In this document: one piece after another, positions 25,379 through 40,300 of the stretch | Position numbering within the stretch: the first letter of the stretch is position 1 | Layout: every line of letters starts with the position of its first letter | NCBI GenBank assembly: GCA_004431415.1 | Contig: QPMI01000008.1 | Location: 61,808 to 125,807, forward strand | DNA length: 64,000 nucleotides | Origin: Cyanophora paradoxa CCMP329 | Taxonomy: Eukaryota > Plantae > Glaucophyta | Direction: 5' to 3' | Notes under the pieces: model-generated | What the model saw: only the letters and a program-made list of their open reading frames with translations | What the model was told of the DNA's origin: nothing | The model's database searches: none | Made by a program: the position numbers and the translations under genes

Positions 25379-28300
25379 ATGGCGAGCAGCCCGGAGGAAC
25401 CAGCGCTCAGCGCCTCGACCGCGGCCCCGCCGACGGTTGCGGTAGCAGCATCGACACAGGAAACAGTGGATGTAGACGAGAAAGCCGACCCGTACAGGTG
25501 TGCACGCCGCACACTCAAGTCTCGCCCGCCGGCCTAGTTGGGGCCTTAGCTAAGCGTAGCGGCGGCGCGCTAGCGTTGCTCTCGCTGACCCTGTGCTCGC
25601 AGCATCGAATGGGTCAAGAACAGGATAACGCTCCCGGGCGTCAAGCCCGAAATGTACAAGGAGGAGCACATCTTGACCATCTCGGACTTCCTCGTGAAGC
25701 CCTCAGTCAGGAAGCTCATAGCTTACGTGGACTCGAGCGGCGAGCTGGTCACGCAGCACAGCCTGCCCTCGGAGTACGTCCCTGAGCTCATCTACTTCAT
25801 CAAGGACCAGAGCCGCGAGATTACGCCGGAGACAGTGAACACCGCGATCCAGTTCGGCATCGTGAATGGGGGGGCGATGGACGCCCTGCTCCGGCTCATG
25901 GGCGGAGTCTTCGTTCCGATTTTTAATGCGAACAAGACCTGGCCCGAGAGCATCAAGAAGGAGTTCGCGGGGCAGCTGCACAAGTTTATGGCGAGCCTCA
26001 CGGAGACGTCGTTCCAGATGAAGGGCTCCACGGTGCTCTACATCCCCAACGAGCTGATAGGCGACGTTGAGAAGGCCGCCAAGGAGAAGGTGCCCCGCCC
26101 CCGCGCAACCCAGCCCAGCCCTCGCCACGCGCCCCGCCCCGCCCCGCCCCCGACCCCGCCCCGGCCCCGGCTCACGCGCGAGCGCGCCCCGCAGGACCTG
26201 GTGCAGCGTCTGGAGTCGACGCTCATCCACTGGACGCGCCAGATCAAGGAGGTCGTGAACAACCAGGACAACTCGGAGCAGGGCGAGGACGGCGGCCCGC
26301 TGGCGGAGATCGCCTTCTGGCGCTCCCGCACCATCGACCTCAGCGGCATCCGCGAGCAGCTCGGCCAGCCCGGCGTCATGCGCATCGTGGCGGTGCTAGA
26401 GGCGGCCAAGTCCAGCTACCTGACCCCCTTCCAGAAGCTCTCGCAGTCCATCCAGAAGGGCAGCATGGAGGCGCAGGACAACCTTAAGTTCCTGTCCATC
26501 CTGCAGGGCCCCTGCGAGCAGCTCGCCAAGTCCGAGCCCAAGTGCGCTGTACCCCCACCCCCCTCGCTGTACCCCCCCGCCCCGCTGAGCGGCCTCCGGC
26601 GCGCAGGGAGATCCCGAAGCTGCTGCCGACGCTGCTGAACAGCATCCGCATGATCTGGGCCGTGTCTGGCTTCTACAACACGCCGGAGCGCGTGACCGGG
26701 CTGCTGCGGAAGGTCTCCAACGAGATCATCGCGCGCTGCTGCGCGAAGATATCCCTCTCCGACATCTTCGACAACGACGCCGAGGGCGCCATCGTCGTCC
26801 TGCAGGAGAGCATCGACGCCGGCGAGGCGTGGAAGCGCCAGTTTCAGAAGACGGCGTCCCTCATCGCCAAGAAGATGCCGGGCCGCAAGTGCGTGCCCCG
26901 CCGCTTTCAGTTTCCGAGCCGAGCCGACCTGACCGGCGCGGGGGGGCAGGTGGGACCTGGACGAGAGCAGCATCTTCGCGCAGATCGACGCCTTCGTGCA
27001 GCGCTGCAAGGACCTCATCGAGGTCTGCGAGGGCCAGATGCAGTTCGCCCGCAAGGCCTCCGCCGCCCCGGTCCGCGAAGCGAGCCCTCCGCCGCCCCGC
27101 CGACCGGCCCCCGCTCCTCCGCCTCTCACGCGGCGGCGCAGGGCTTCCGCGGCCCCATGCCGTCCTTCGGGGGTACGCGCGGCCCCGAGATCACGAAGAG
27201 CATCAACGACATCCAGGTGCGCGGGGCCGCCCCGCTCGCGCCCGCCGCCCGCCCGCCGCTCGGAGTCAACGAACCGTACCACCCCTTCCCCCTCCCCGCC
27301 CCTCCCCGCCCCGCAGATCGCGTTCGAGAAGCAGATCAACGTGCTCAAGAACCTGACCTACAGTATCCTGGACGTGAAGGCGACGCACTGGCACGACGAC
27401 TACAACGCCTTCAAGAACGCCGTGAAGGACCTGCAGGTCGCCGCCCCGCCTCGCCTCGCTTCTCTTCACCTCTTCTCAATCTAGACATTGTTATATGCTT
27501 GCTTGCTTGCTTGCGACTCCTGTGCTAAACCGCTGCTATAACGCTCCCGCACAACGAGGATAATGCCTCGAATTCTATTTCAAGCGGTCTCACATCACTT
27601 CCTCAATCTCGCCCTCAATCTCGCCCGCGCAGGTCATGATGACGAACGTGATCTCGGCGGCCTTCGACGGGGTTTCCACCGTCCCCGCCGGCGTCGAGCT
27701 CCTCGAGGCCTTCTCCTACCTCGCCAAGCGCGACGCCATCAAGCGCGCCGTCCAGAAGAAGACCGAGCAGGTGCGGAGGCGGATACATTCTAGAGTCTAG
27801 ATCTCGAAGAAAGAGTTCATAATAGCCGCCGTCCCGCTCCCGCCGCCGTCGTCTCGCCGCTGAGCTAGCTCGCGCCATCCATAGTCTAAATTACATATCG
27901 CATTACTCGGTTCAAAAGTTGATTTCTCTTACGCCATCCTTTCAGGTCTGGAAGATGTTCACGGACGACGTGTCGGACGTGAAGAAGGTCTTCGAGAAGT
28001 TCAAGAAGAACCCGCCCATGCACCCCTCCTTCCCCCGCTACGCCGGCAGCGCCATGTGGTCCAAGTCCCTCATCCAGCGCATCGAGCGCAACTTCCAGCT
28101 GCTGGACGCCGCGTGGTACCTCGAGAAGACGCGGGAGGAGGAGGAGGGCCGCGTGCAGTACATGCAGACGGTCTCGGCGCTCGACGAGTACATCCGCAAG
28201 ACGTACGCGGAGTGGTCGCAGAGCATCGAGCCCGACGTGATGAAGCGCCTCGACTCCAACCTGATGGTCCGCGCCGAGGGCGACACCAAGGGCCTCCTCG

Positions 28301-31300
28301 ACATCAACTTCGACAAGACCCTCCTCCGGCTCTTCCAGGAGGTGCGCTCGCTTGCTCGCCCGCTGCCACCGCTTCCGGCCCGGCCGATCTCTTCGCGCAG
28401 GTGCAATACTGGCAGAAGCTGAACTACGACGTCCCGCACGCGGCGGCGGAGATCGCGCAGCAGCGCGAGCGCCTCCGCGTGATCCGGGAGGCGGTCTCCC
28501 TCGTCGTCCGCGACTACAACAACATCCTCCTCGCGTGCTCCACGGAGGAGCGCCGCCTCTTCTCGGAGCGCATCATGCACCTGGACCGCAAGGTCAGCCC
28601 CGGGCTGAACAAGCTCACGTGGGCGTCCAAGGGCATCGTGGAGTACTACGTGAAGGAGTGCCGCAAGTACTGCCGCGAGGTCCACCGCCTCGTGATGGAC
28701 TTCAAGGACTCGCACGAGCGCATCCAGCGGAACTGCCGCACGAGCGCCGAGACGCTCCTCGTCTCCATCGAGAAGAAGCGCGTCTACGAGGAGGGCCACT
28801 TCGAGGCGCGCCAGAACCAGCACCGGTGCGCCCGCCCCGCCCCGCCGCGAAATTCCACGGAAATTCGGGTGTCGTTCGCCGACGGCCGCGTTGTCGCCGC
28901 GCAGGGAGGTGACGAAGAAGAAGCTGGGCGACCTGCACAAGGAGACCATCGACATCATGCGCAGCAGCTACGAGGTCGGGCCTCCACCCAACCATCGCTC
29001 CGACGCGGGTTCCATCCGTTGTTGACCCGCTCGGGACGGCCCGGCGCGGCGCAGGTCTTCAAGCACGACAACGAGGACGTGCAGAACGAGTGGATGAAGT
29101 ACGTGCACAAGATCGACCGGATGGTGGAGGAGGCGCTCCGCACCACCGTCAAGCGCAGCCTGCAGGAGGTCTCCCGCGCCGTCAACGGCGACGCCAAGAC
29201 CGAGGTCCACCCGCTCTTCAAGGTGACGACCACCGCGCCCACTCCGCTTTTCCGCTCGGCTCGGCTCGGCTTTGCTTCGCTCACGCCCCGTTCCTCTGCC
29301 GCAGGTCAACGTGATCCTGGACGTGAACAAGGTGGAGCTGAAGCCGAACATGGTCCGGCTCACGCAGATGGTCAGCGAGGTCTCCCGGGACCTCCTCACC
29401 GTCGTCCGCGTCATCGCCCGCCTCTCGGAGCCTCGGGAGAACCCCGAGGGCGGCGCCGTCGCCGGCTCCGACAGCGAGACGAACCTGCCGCCGGGGATGG
29501 CGCGGCCCATCGCCGGCGGCAAGCCGCTGCCCGTCGACAGGCGGCAGCCGACCTTCTACGACGTCATCTCTGGCGACGACGACATCATGAAGATCACGGT
29601 GCAGATCATGAACGGCATGAACTCCATCGTGGACAAGATCCAGCGCTACCTCTACTTCTGGGACAAGTACAAGCACATCTGGGACCTGGACAAGGACGCG
29701 TTCATCCGGCGCTACGCGAAGCTCAACCGGCCGCTCTCCACGTTCGACTCGGACATCCAGCGCTACAAGGAGCTCCAGTCCGAGATCACGAACGAGGAGA
29801 CGATCAAGGACATGTCGTTCATCCGCATCGACTGCGGGCCGCTCAAGCACTCGCTGGCCAACCACTGCGTCCAGTGGCAGAACAAGTTCACGGCGCTCCT
29901 CAACCAGCTCGCCTCGACGGAGCTCAAGGCGCTCCACACGCTCTTCTCGTCGAACACGACCAAGCTGCGGCAGCCGCCGCTCAACCTGGACCAGCTCGCC
30001 GACTCGCTCAACCTGCTGCACCAGCTGCAGGAGGACACGCCCAAGATAGAGGCGCGGTTCGAGCCCGTGCAGGCGCAGTACAAGACGCTCGAGAAGTTCG
30101 AGGTGGTCGTCAAGGAGGAGGAGCTCGAGATGCTCGCCGTCCTGCCCTCCAAGTGGGAGCTCTTCAAGCAGATGCTGCAGGACACGCAGGACATGCTCGA
30201 CAAGCACAAGCAGAACTTCAAGGCGAGTGCCGTCGTCGCGTTCTTTCCCCCGATCGGCTTCGCTGACGCCCGCCGCAGAAAGGGCTGCTGGACCAGATGG
30301 AGGAGCTGGCGAAGGCTGTGGAGGCGGCGCGCGTCGACTTCCTCAACCGGGCGCCCTTCGACAACGAGTACACGATCGAGAAGGCGATGGACCTCATCAC
30401 CGAGTTCAAGACGCAGGTCGACGGGTTCCGCAACCGCGAGGCTTCCGTGCGCCCCGCCCCGCCCTGTCCGAGCGGACTACTACCCGCGGGCCGTCGTTGC
30501 TGACCACCCGCGTCGCCCGCCCGCAGATGAAGCCGGGCCTTCAGATCTTCCGCCTGGAGCCTCCGAACTACCGGGACGCGCAGTCGATGGCGAAGGACCT
30601 GGAGAACCTGGAGGGGATCTGGAAGCTGACAGACGAGTGGCAGGCGAGCTGGAACCAGTGGAAGACGGGCCAGTTCGACCACCTGCAGGTGGCCGACATG
30701 GAGGACCAGGCGCAGAAGTACCAGAAGCGCATCCAGAAGCTCGGGCGCGACATCAAGCACTGGAAGGCGTGGGAGGCGCTGCACGAGCGCGTCAACCAGT
30801 TCAAGCGCGTCATGCCGCTCATCACCGACCTGCGCTCCGAGGCGCTGCGGCCCCGGCACTGGGCGCAGCTCTCCGAGGAGGTCGGGCGGCCCATCGACTA
30901 CGAGAGCCCGGACTTCACGCTCGAGAAGGTCTTCGAGCTCGGCCTCGACGCCTACTCCGAGATCATCGCGTCGCTGTCGATGGCGGCTGCGAAGGAGCTG
31001 GCCATCGAGCGGCAGCTGGAGGGCATCGCGACGACGTGGGCGTCCATGCCGCTCGACCTCATCCCCTACAAGAACGACCACCACAAGCTTCGCTCGACGG
31101 ACGACCTCTTCTCGGCGCTCGAGGACAACATGGTCACGCTCTCCTCCATGAAGGCCTCCCGCTTCTACCTCGCCTTCGAGCAGCAGGTCGAGTTCTGGGA
31201 GAAGGGCCTCTCGCTCGTCTCCGAGGCGGTGGAGCTCATCCAGACCGTCCAGCGCGCGTGGATGTACCTGGAGAACATCTTCGCCGGCTCGGAGGACATC

Positions 31301-34300
31301 CGCAAGCAGCTCCCGACCGAATCGGCGCTCTTCGACAACGTCAACGCGAGCTGGAAGCAGCTCATGGGCCGCATGGTCCAGAACAACAACGCGCTGGCGG
31401 CCTGCCAGCAGGAGGGCCTCATGGACATGCTCACGACCATGAACAAGAAGCTGGAGAAGATCCAGAAGGCGCTCGACGCGTACCTCGAGACGAAGCGGCA
31501 GGCATTCCCCCGCTTCTACTTCCTCTCCAACGACGACCTGCTCGAGATCCTGGGCCAGTCGAAGGACCCGCAGATGGTGCAGCGGCACATCAAGAAGTGC
31601 TTCGAGGGCATCCAGACGCTCGAGCTGGCGCCGCCCGGCAAGGAGGGCCGCAAGACCTTCGAGGCCCTGGGCATGCACGCCCCCGACGGCGAGTACGTCC
31701 CGTTCTCGGTGCGCCCCTCCTCCCCTCGTTTCTCCCTTGGTTCTATCTGGCCGGACGTGTTTGTTCGTGACCGATTGTGTGGCGCAGGCGCCGGTGCCGA
31801 CGGACGGCCCCGTGGAGCTGTGGCTCACGTCCGTAGAGGCGATGATGAAGAAGACTCTGCAAAAGCTGCTCTTCCAGTCCATGCAGCAGCAGAAGCAGTT
31901 CCAGAAGTGGATCCGCGACGTGGCGGGGCAGCTCCTCATCACGAGCGGGCAGATCGGCTGGACGAACGACTGCACGAAGGCGCTGCAGGACTCGGAGAAG
32001 GGCAACAAGGGCGCCATGCGGCAGATGAAGAAGAAGCAGGTCTCGCACCTGAACCGCCTCACAGACATGATCAAGGGCCAGCTGACGAAGATCGAGCGGC
32101 TGAAGCTCATCGCGCTCATCACGATCGAAGTGCACGCGCGCGACGTGATCGACCGGATGATCAAGGCGAACTGCAGCTCGACGTCGGACTTCGAGTGGAC
32201 GCAGCAGCTCCGCTTCTACTGGGACAAGGACGTCGAGGACTGCGTCGTCAGGCAGACCACCTGCGAGTTCCGCTACGGCTACGAGTACCAGGTCCGACAC
32301 CGCCCCCGCTTCAGCTCTTTCTTTCTCGCTCCGTTTCTGGCCTTACCTCAGCGCCGTCGCCTCGCAGGGCAACAACGGGCGCCTCGTCATCACGCCGCTC
32401 ACGGATCGCTGCTACATGACGCTCACGACGGCGCTGCAGCTGCGGCGAGGCGGCCTGCCGCAGGGCCCCGCCGGCACGGGCAAGACCGAGACCGTCAAGG
32501 ACCTCGGGAAGGCCCTCGCCAAGTACGTCATCGTCTTCAACTGCTCGGACGGCCTCGACTACAAGTCCATGGGGCGCTTCTTCTCGGGGCTCGCCCAGTC
32601 GGGCTCCTGGTCCTGCTTCGACGAGTTCAACCGCATTGACGTCGAAGTGCTCTCCGTCGTGGCGCAGCAGATCCTCTCCATCCTCAACGCCATCATGCAG
32701 AACCTCGACCGGTGCGCTGTTGTTCTCTGTATTATTGTTTGCTTGTTTGCTCTTTCTAATAAGCGGATTCTTTGACAGGTTCACGTTCGAGGGCGTCGAG
32801 ATCCGCCTGGACCGCTCCTGCGGTATCTTCGTGACGATGAACCCGGGCTACGCGGGGCGCTCCGAGCTCCCCGAGAACCTGAAGGCGCTGCTGCGGCCCA
32901 TCTCCATGATGGTACCCGACTCGGCGCTCATCGCCGAGATCATGCTCTTCTCGGAGGGCTTCCAGACCGCCAAGGTCCTCGCCAAGAAGCTGACGACTCT
33001 CTACCAGCTCGCCATCCAGCAGCTCTCCAAGCAGGACCACTACGACTTCGGGCTCCGCGCCGTCAAGTCCTGCCTCGTCGCCGCCGGCGCCCTCAAGCGC
33101 TCCGAGCCGGACCTCTCGGAGGAGGTCGTCCTCATGCGGACGCTCCGCGACATGAACGTCCCCAAGTTCGTCGCGGACGACATCCGCCTCTTCATGTCGC
33201 TCCTCTCCGACCTCTTCCCGGGCGTCGAGCCGCCGGCCCCCGACTACGGCCTCCTCGGCGCCGCCATCCAGCACGAGCTGAAGGCGCACGGCCTCCAGAA
33301 CCACCAGTCCATCGTCGACAAGACCATCCAGCTGTACGACACGAAGGCGACGCGGCACGGGAACATGCTCGTGGGGCGCTCGGGCGCCGGCAAGACCGTC
33401 GTGTGGCAAACGCTGCAGCGCGCGCTGACGAAGCTGAAGAAGGACAACGTCGACCCGAAGTACCAGGCGGTCAAGGTGTACGTCATCAACCCGAAGGCGC
33501 TCACGCTGAACGAGCTCTACGGCGCCTTCGACCTGGCGACGATGGAGTGGACGGACGGCGTGCTCTCCAAGGTGATGCGCGAGGCCTGCGCGGACGAGAA
33601 GCCCGACGAGAAGTGGCTCCTGCTGGACGGCCCCGTCGACACGCTCTGGATCGAGTCGATGAACACCGTCCTCGACGACAACAAGATGCTGACGCTCATC
33701 TCCGGCGAGCGCATCAGCATGCCGCCCCAGGTGCTTGCACAGCACGCACGCTTGCACGCTTGCCACTCTTTGTCGAACCTTGCCACAGGTCTCGCTGCTG
33801 TTCGAGGTGGAAGACCTCGCGGTCGCGTCGCCGGCCACGGTCTCCCGCGCCGGCATGGTCTACCTGGACGCCAACGACCTCGGCTGGTGGCCCTTCGTCG
33901 AGTCCTGGCTCGCCAAGCGCGAGGACCGCGACTCCGTCGGTGCGACCTCCGGCGCCTTCCCTTCGCCCTCGCTTTCCGCTCTGCTGACGGCGCGCGCGCT
34001 CCCGCAGAGCCGCTCAAGCGGATGTTCGACAAATACGTGCAGCGCGTGTTCGACCTGAAGAAGAAGGACTGCACGGAGCTCATCCCCATCACGGACATGA
34101 ACGCCGTCCAGTCTCTCTGCGCCCTCTTCGACGCCCTCGCCACCAAGGAGAACGGCCTCGACTTCCACGTGCGTCCCGCTTCCCTTTGTTGCGGTTATCG
34201 AAAGCGCGTCTCTGATTTTGTTGAGCGCAGGCGGACCCGGAGGGGTACCCGCGCATGATCGAGATGTGGTTCGTCTTCTCGCTCATCTGGTCGGTGGGCG

Positions 34301-37300
34301 CGGCGGTCGACGAGCCGGGGCGCAAGCGCCTCGACATGTTCCTCCGCGAGATCGACGCCCAGTTCCCGTCGCGCGACACGATCTACGAGTACTACGTCGA
34401 CTCGAAGAAGCGCTCGTGGACGCTGTGGGAGGAGAAGGTGCCGACGACGTGGAAGCCGGCGCCCGACACGCCCTTCTACAAGCTCTTCGTCCCGACCGTC
34501 GACACCGTCCGCAACTCGTTCTGCACGACGGCGCTCGTCAAGTCGAAGAAGGCGGTGCTGCTCGTCGGCAACGTCGGCACGGGCAAGACCTCGGTGGCGC
34601 AGGGCGTGCTCAACGGCCTCGACGAGACGACCTCGTCGCTCATCATGAACTTCAGCGCGCAGACGTCGTCGAAGCGCGTGCAGGAGATCATCGAGGGCCG
34701 CCTCGAGAAGCGCACGAAGGACGTGTACGCGCCGACGGGCGGCAAGCGCATGGTCCTCTTCATCGACGACCTGAACATGCCGGCCAAGGACAAGTTCGGC
34801 TTCCACCCGCCCATCGAGCTCCTCCGCCTGTGGCACGACTACGGCTTCTGGTACGACCGGCAGAAGCAGGTGCAGAAGCACGTGAAGGACGTCCAGATGA
34901 TGGCGGCGATGGGCCCGCCGGGCGGCGGCCGCTCCGCCATCTCGAACCGCTTCCAGTCCAAGTTCAACCTGATCAACGTGACGTTCCCGAACGAGACGCA
35001 GCTGAAGCGCATCTACAGCACGATGATCAACTGGAAGCTGCTAGATTTCGAGGAGGAAATCAAGCCGCTGGGCGACATCATGACGAACGCGACGTACGAC
35101 CTCTACAACGCCGTCATCGAGAACCTGCTCCCGACGCCGGCCAAGTCCCACTACGTCTTCAACCTGCGCGACATGTCCAAGGTCTTCCAGGGCCTCCTGC
35201 GCTCCACGCGCCAGTTCTACGACTCGAAGGAGTCGATGATCCGCCTCTGGGTGCACGAGTGCTACCGCGTCTTCGCGGACCGCCTGACGGACGACGAGGA
35301 CCGCGAGTGGTTCCGCAACAAGACGAACGACCTCCTCAACAACATGTTCTCCATCGGCTGGAACAAGCTCTTCAAGTCGGGCGCGCTCTCCATGTTCGGC
35401 GACTTCATGCGCGAGGGCATGGAGGTGCCTCCCTTCGAGGAGCTGACGGACGTGGAGGCCCTCAAGCGCTTCTGCGAGGAGAAGCTTGAGGACTTCAACG
35501 TGGAGCCCGGCTCGATCCACATGGACCTCGTCCTCTTCCGCGACGCCATCGAGCACATCTGCCGCATCATCCGCGTCATCCGGACGCCCCGCGGCAACAT
35601 GCTCCTCGTCGGCGTCGGCGGCTCGGGCCGCAAGTCGATGGCGCGCCTCGCCGCCTACATCTCGGAGATGAAGACCTTCAGCGTCGAGATCACGCGCAAC
35701 TACCGCTCGATCGAGTTCCGGGAGGACCTCAAGAAGATCTACCAGGCGGCCGGCGTGGAGAAGAAGGCGACGGTCTTCCTCTTCGACGACACGCAGATCG
35801 TGCAGGAGTCGTTCCTCGAGGACATCAACTCGCTCCTGTCCTCCGGCGAGGTTCGTTCGCTCGCTCGCTTCTCCTCCGCGTTCCAACGCCGTTTGGCTCC
35901 GTTCTCACTCGCGCGCCGCGCCCGACAGGTGCCGAACCTCTTCGCGCCGGAGGAGCTCGTCGCCATCCGCGACGCCGTCCGCAACGACGCGAAGGCTGCG
36001 GGGTACCAGGACTCGAACGACGCCCTCTACGCGTTCTTCATCGAGCGGGCCCGCAACAACCTGCACGTCGTCCTCTGCATGTCGCCCGTCGGCGACGCCT
36101 TCCGCAACCGCCTCCGCATGTTCCCCGCCCTCGTCAACAACACGACGATCGACTGGTTCCACGCGTGGCCGGCGGAGGCGCTGCGCGAGGTGGCGTCCCG
36201 CTTCCTGCAGGACGTCGACCTCGGCTCGGAGGAGACGAAGCGCTCCGTCGCCGACGTCTTCACGGTGACGCACAACTCGGTGGCCGAGATGTCAAACCGC
36301 ATGCGTCTCGAGCTCAAGCGCTACAACTACGTGACGCCCACCAACTTCATCGAGCTGGTCAAGGGCTACCGCGAGCTTCTCACCGAGAAGCGGACGAAGA
36401 TCGGCGAGGCGGCCAACAAGCTGCGCAACGGCCTCTCGAAGCTGGAGGAGTCGCGCCTGCAGGTGCAGACCATGTCCGTCGAGCTGGAGAAGCAGAAGGC
36501 GAAGGTCGCCAAGTTCCAGAAGGAGTGCGAGGACCTGCTCGTCGTCAAGGTCCAGGAGCAGCGCATCGTGGACGAGCAGCAGCGGCAGGTCACGATGGAG
36601 TCCGAGCGCATCACGAAGGAGGAGGCCGAGGTCAAGATCGTCAAGGAGCAGGCGCAGAGCGAGCTCGACCTCGCCATGCCGGCGCTCGACGCCGCCCGCA
36701 AGGCGCTGGAGGCGCTCAACAAGAAGGACCTGTCGGAAATCAAGGCGTACACGAACCCGCCGGCGCCCGTCGCGCTGGTGATGGAGGCCGTCATGGTGCT
36801 CCGCAAGTCGGACCCGTCGTGGGCGGAGGCCAAGCGGCAGCTCGGCGACCCGAACTTCCTGCAGCAGCTCATCAACTTCGACAAGGACAACATCACGGAC
36901 TCGATCCTGTCGAAGATCGGGCAGAAGTACATGTCGAACCCGACCTTCAATCCCGAAGTCGTCGGCAAGGTGTCGGCCGCCGCAAAGTCGCTCTGCCTGT
37001 GGGCCATCGCCATGCACAAGTACGGCAACATCGCCAAGGAGGTCGCCCCCAAGCGCGCCAAGCTCAAGGCCTCGATGGAGCTCCTCGAGAAGAAGACGGA
37101 CGCGCTGAAGGCGGCGCAGAAGCGGCTGCAGGACGTGACGGACAAGGTGTTCCAGCTGAAGCAGCAGTACGACGAGAGCGTGGCGACCAAGGACCGCCTC
37201 CGCAAGGAGAGCGAGGAGCTGGAGGTCAAGCTCGCGCGCGCCGAGAAGCTCGTCTCGGGCCTCGCCGGCGAGCGCACGCGCTGGGAGCAGTCCATCGCCA

Positions 37301-40300
37301 ACTTCGAGCAGCAGATCGCCGCGCTCGTCGGCGACTGCCTCGTCGCCGCCGCCTTCCTCTCGTACGCGGGGCCCTTCAACTCTGAGTACCGCGAGGAGCT
37401 GGTGCAGCGCACGTGGCTCCGCCACGTCCGCGAGCTGCAGCTGCCCTGCTCGCCCGACTTCTCGTTCACCAACTTCCTCGCCGAGCCGACGGACGTGCGG
37501 TTCTGGAACATCCAGGGCCTCCCCGCCGACAACTTCTCCACGGAGAACGGCGTCCTCGTGACGCGCGGGCGGCGCTGGCCGCTCATGATTGACCCCCAGG
37601 GCCAGGCCAACAAGTGGGTCAAGAAGATGGAGGCGCAGAACAACCTGAAGGTGAATGCGCTAGGATAACAAACAGTTCGGTTCTGGTTAACTTACATAAC
37701 TCCAATCTCGCAGGTCATCGATCTTAAGATGCCCGACTTCCTTCGCATTATGGAGGCGGCCATCCAGATGGGCACGCCCGTGCTCCTGCAGGACATCCTG
37801 GAGGAGGTCGACCCGTCGCTGGCGCCCGTCCTCGGCAAGTCGTTCGTCAAGCAGGCGGGGCGCCTCGTCATCCGCCTCGGCGACAAGGAGCTGGAGTACA
37901 ACCCCGACTTCCGCTTCTACATCACGACGAAGCTCTCCAACCCGCACTACCCGCCCGAGATTTCGACCAAGACGACCATCTGTAACTTCGCGGTGAAGGA
38001 GCAGGGCCTGGAGGCGCAGCTCCTCGGCATCGTTGTGCGGCGCGAGCGGCCGGACCTCGAGGAGCAGAAGAACGAGCTCGTGATGAACGTCGCGGCCGGC
38101 AAGAAGAAGCTCGTGGAGCTCGAGGACGAGATCCTGCGGCTCCTCTCGCAGGCCAAGGGCTCCCTCCTCGACGACGAGGAGCTCGTCAAGACGCTCGACG
38201 TCGCCAAGACGACGGCCGAGGAGGTCAAGCAGCAGCTCGCCGTCTCCGAGGTGACCGAGAAGAAGATCGACGCGGCGCGCGAGCAGTACCGGCCCTGCGC
38301 CTTCCGCTCCTCCATCCTCTTCTTCGTGCTCTACGAGCTCTCCATGGTGGACCCCATGTACCAGTTCTCGCTGGATGCCTACATGGAGCTCTTCAACCTC
38401 TCCATCTCGTACTCGCCCAAGTCCGAGGAGGTCTCGGAGCGCATCAAGAACCTGAACGAGTACCACACGTACGCCGTGTACAAGTACGCGTGCAGGGGCC
38501 TCTTCGAGCGGCACAAGCTCCTCTTCGCCTTCCAGATGTGCGTCCGCGTCAAGAAGGGCGAGCACGCCATCCACCCCGAAGAGCTCTCGTTCCTCCTGCG
38601 CGGCGGGCTGGTCCTCGACAAGGCGAACCAGCCGCCGAACCCCTGCAACGAGTGGCTCCCCGAGCTCTGCTGGGACCACATGACGGAGCTCTCCAAGCTG
38701 GAGAACTTCAGGAACATCCTCGTCTCGTTCGAGCAGAACAACCGGGAGTGGCGCGCGTGGTACCGGCACCCGGAGCCCGAGACGGACATCCTGCCGGGCG
38801 AGTGGGAGGGCAAGTGCAACGAGCTGCAGCGCATGATCTTCATCCGCTGCCTCCGGCCCGACCGCCTCATCGTCGTCGCGACCTCGTTCATCTCGAACAA
38901 CCTGGGACCCAAGTACACGTCCCCGCCCGTCTTCGACTTGAACCAGGTACCCTCTCCTCTGTTCGGCTCGGTTCTGTTCCTGTCTAAAAGACGCTCGCGC
39001 GCAGGTGTACGCGGATTCGACGCCCTACGCGCCCATCATCTTCGTGCTCTCGGCCGGCGTGGACCCGACGAACAACCTGCAGCAGCTCGCCGCGACACGG
39101 AACATGAGCGACCGCTTCAAGAGCATCGCGCTGGGGCAGGGCCAGGCGCCCATCGCGACGCGCATGATCATGGAGGGCAGCCGAATGGGCCACTGGGTCT
39201 TCCTCGCCAACTGCCACCTCATGATCTCGTGGATGCCACAGCTCGAGAAGATCATCGAGCAGCTGCAGGGCGAGAAGATCCACAACGACTTCCGGCTGTG
39301 GCTCTCGTCCGCGCCGCACCCGAGCTTCCCCATCGCCATCCTGCAGCGCGGCCTGAAGCTCACGACCGAGCCGCCCAAGGGCATCAAGGCCAACCTCACG
39401 CGCCTCTACAACAACATTTCGGAGCAGCAGTTCATCCGCTGCCGCCAGACCTCCAAGTCCGTCCTTGAAGAAAGAATCCTTTATGATAATTTATTCATCA
39501 TAAGCTAACGTGTCCGTCGAATCAAATCAAATCAGGTACCGCAAGCTTCTCTTCGGGCTCTGCTACTTCCACGCGGTCCTCGTCGAGCGGCGCAAGTTCC
39601 TCACCCTCGGCTGGAACGTCGTCTACGACTTCTCCGACTCGGACTTCGAGGCGCGACGTTTTCTTGTCTTTTGTTAGCATCCTTCATCATCTTTCTCTTC
39701 TCTAATATCTTTACCTTGTGCAGGTGTGCGAGAACCTGCTGGCGCTGTACCTGGACCAGTACGAGCAGACGCCGTGGGACGCGCTGCGGTACCTCACCGC
39801 CGAGGCGAACTACGGAGGGCGCGTCACCGACGACTGGGACCGGCGGCTGCTCCTCACGTACATGAACCAGTTCTACAGCGAGGAGGCGCTCTCGCAGCCG
39901 CAGTACAAGCTCTCGGCGCTGCCGACGTACTACATCCCAGAGGACGGCAGCCTGCAGTCCTACCGGGACTACATCGCGTCGCTCCCGACGGTGGACCGGC
40001 CCGAGGCCTTCGGGCAGCACGTCAACGCCGAGATCAGCAGCCAGATCGAGGAGTCGGGCGTCCTACTAGACACGATGCTCTCGCTCCAGCCGCAGACAGT
40101 CGTGGCGGGCGCCGCGTCGCGCGAGGAGCTCGTTGGCGGCATCGTCGCCGACATCCTCGAGCGCTGCCCCGCCGAGATCGACTACGGGCAGACTGTCAAG
40201 GCCAAGGCGGACGACCCGTCGGCGCTCAACGTGGTGCTGCTGCAGGAGATCCAGCGCTACAACAAGCTGTTGCGAACCATCCGCGCGTCCATCGGCGAGC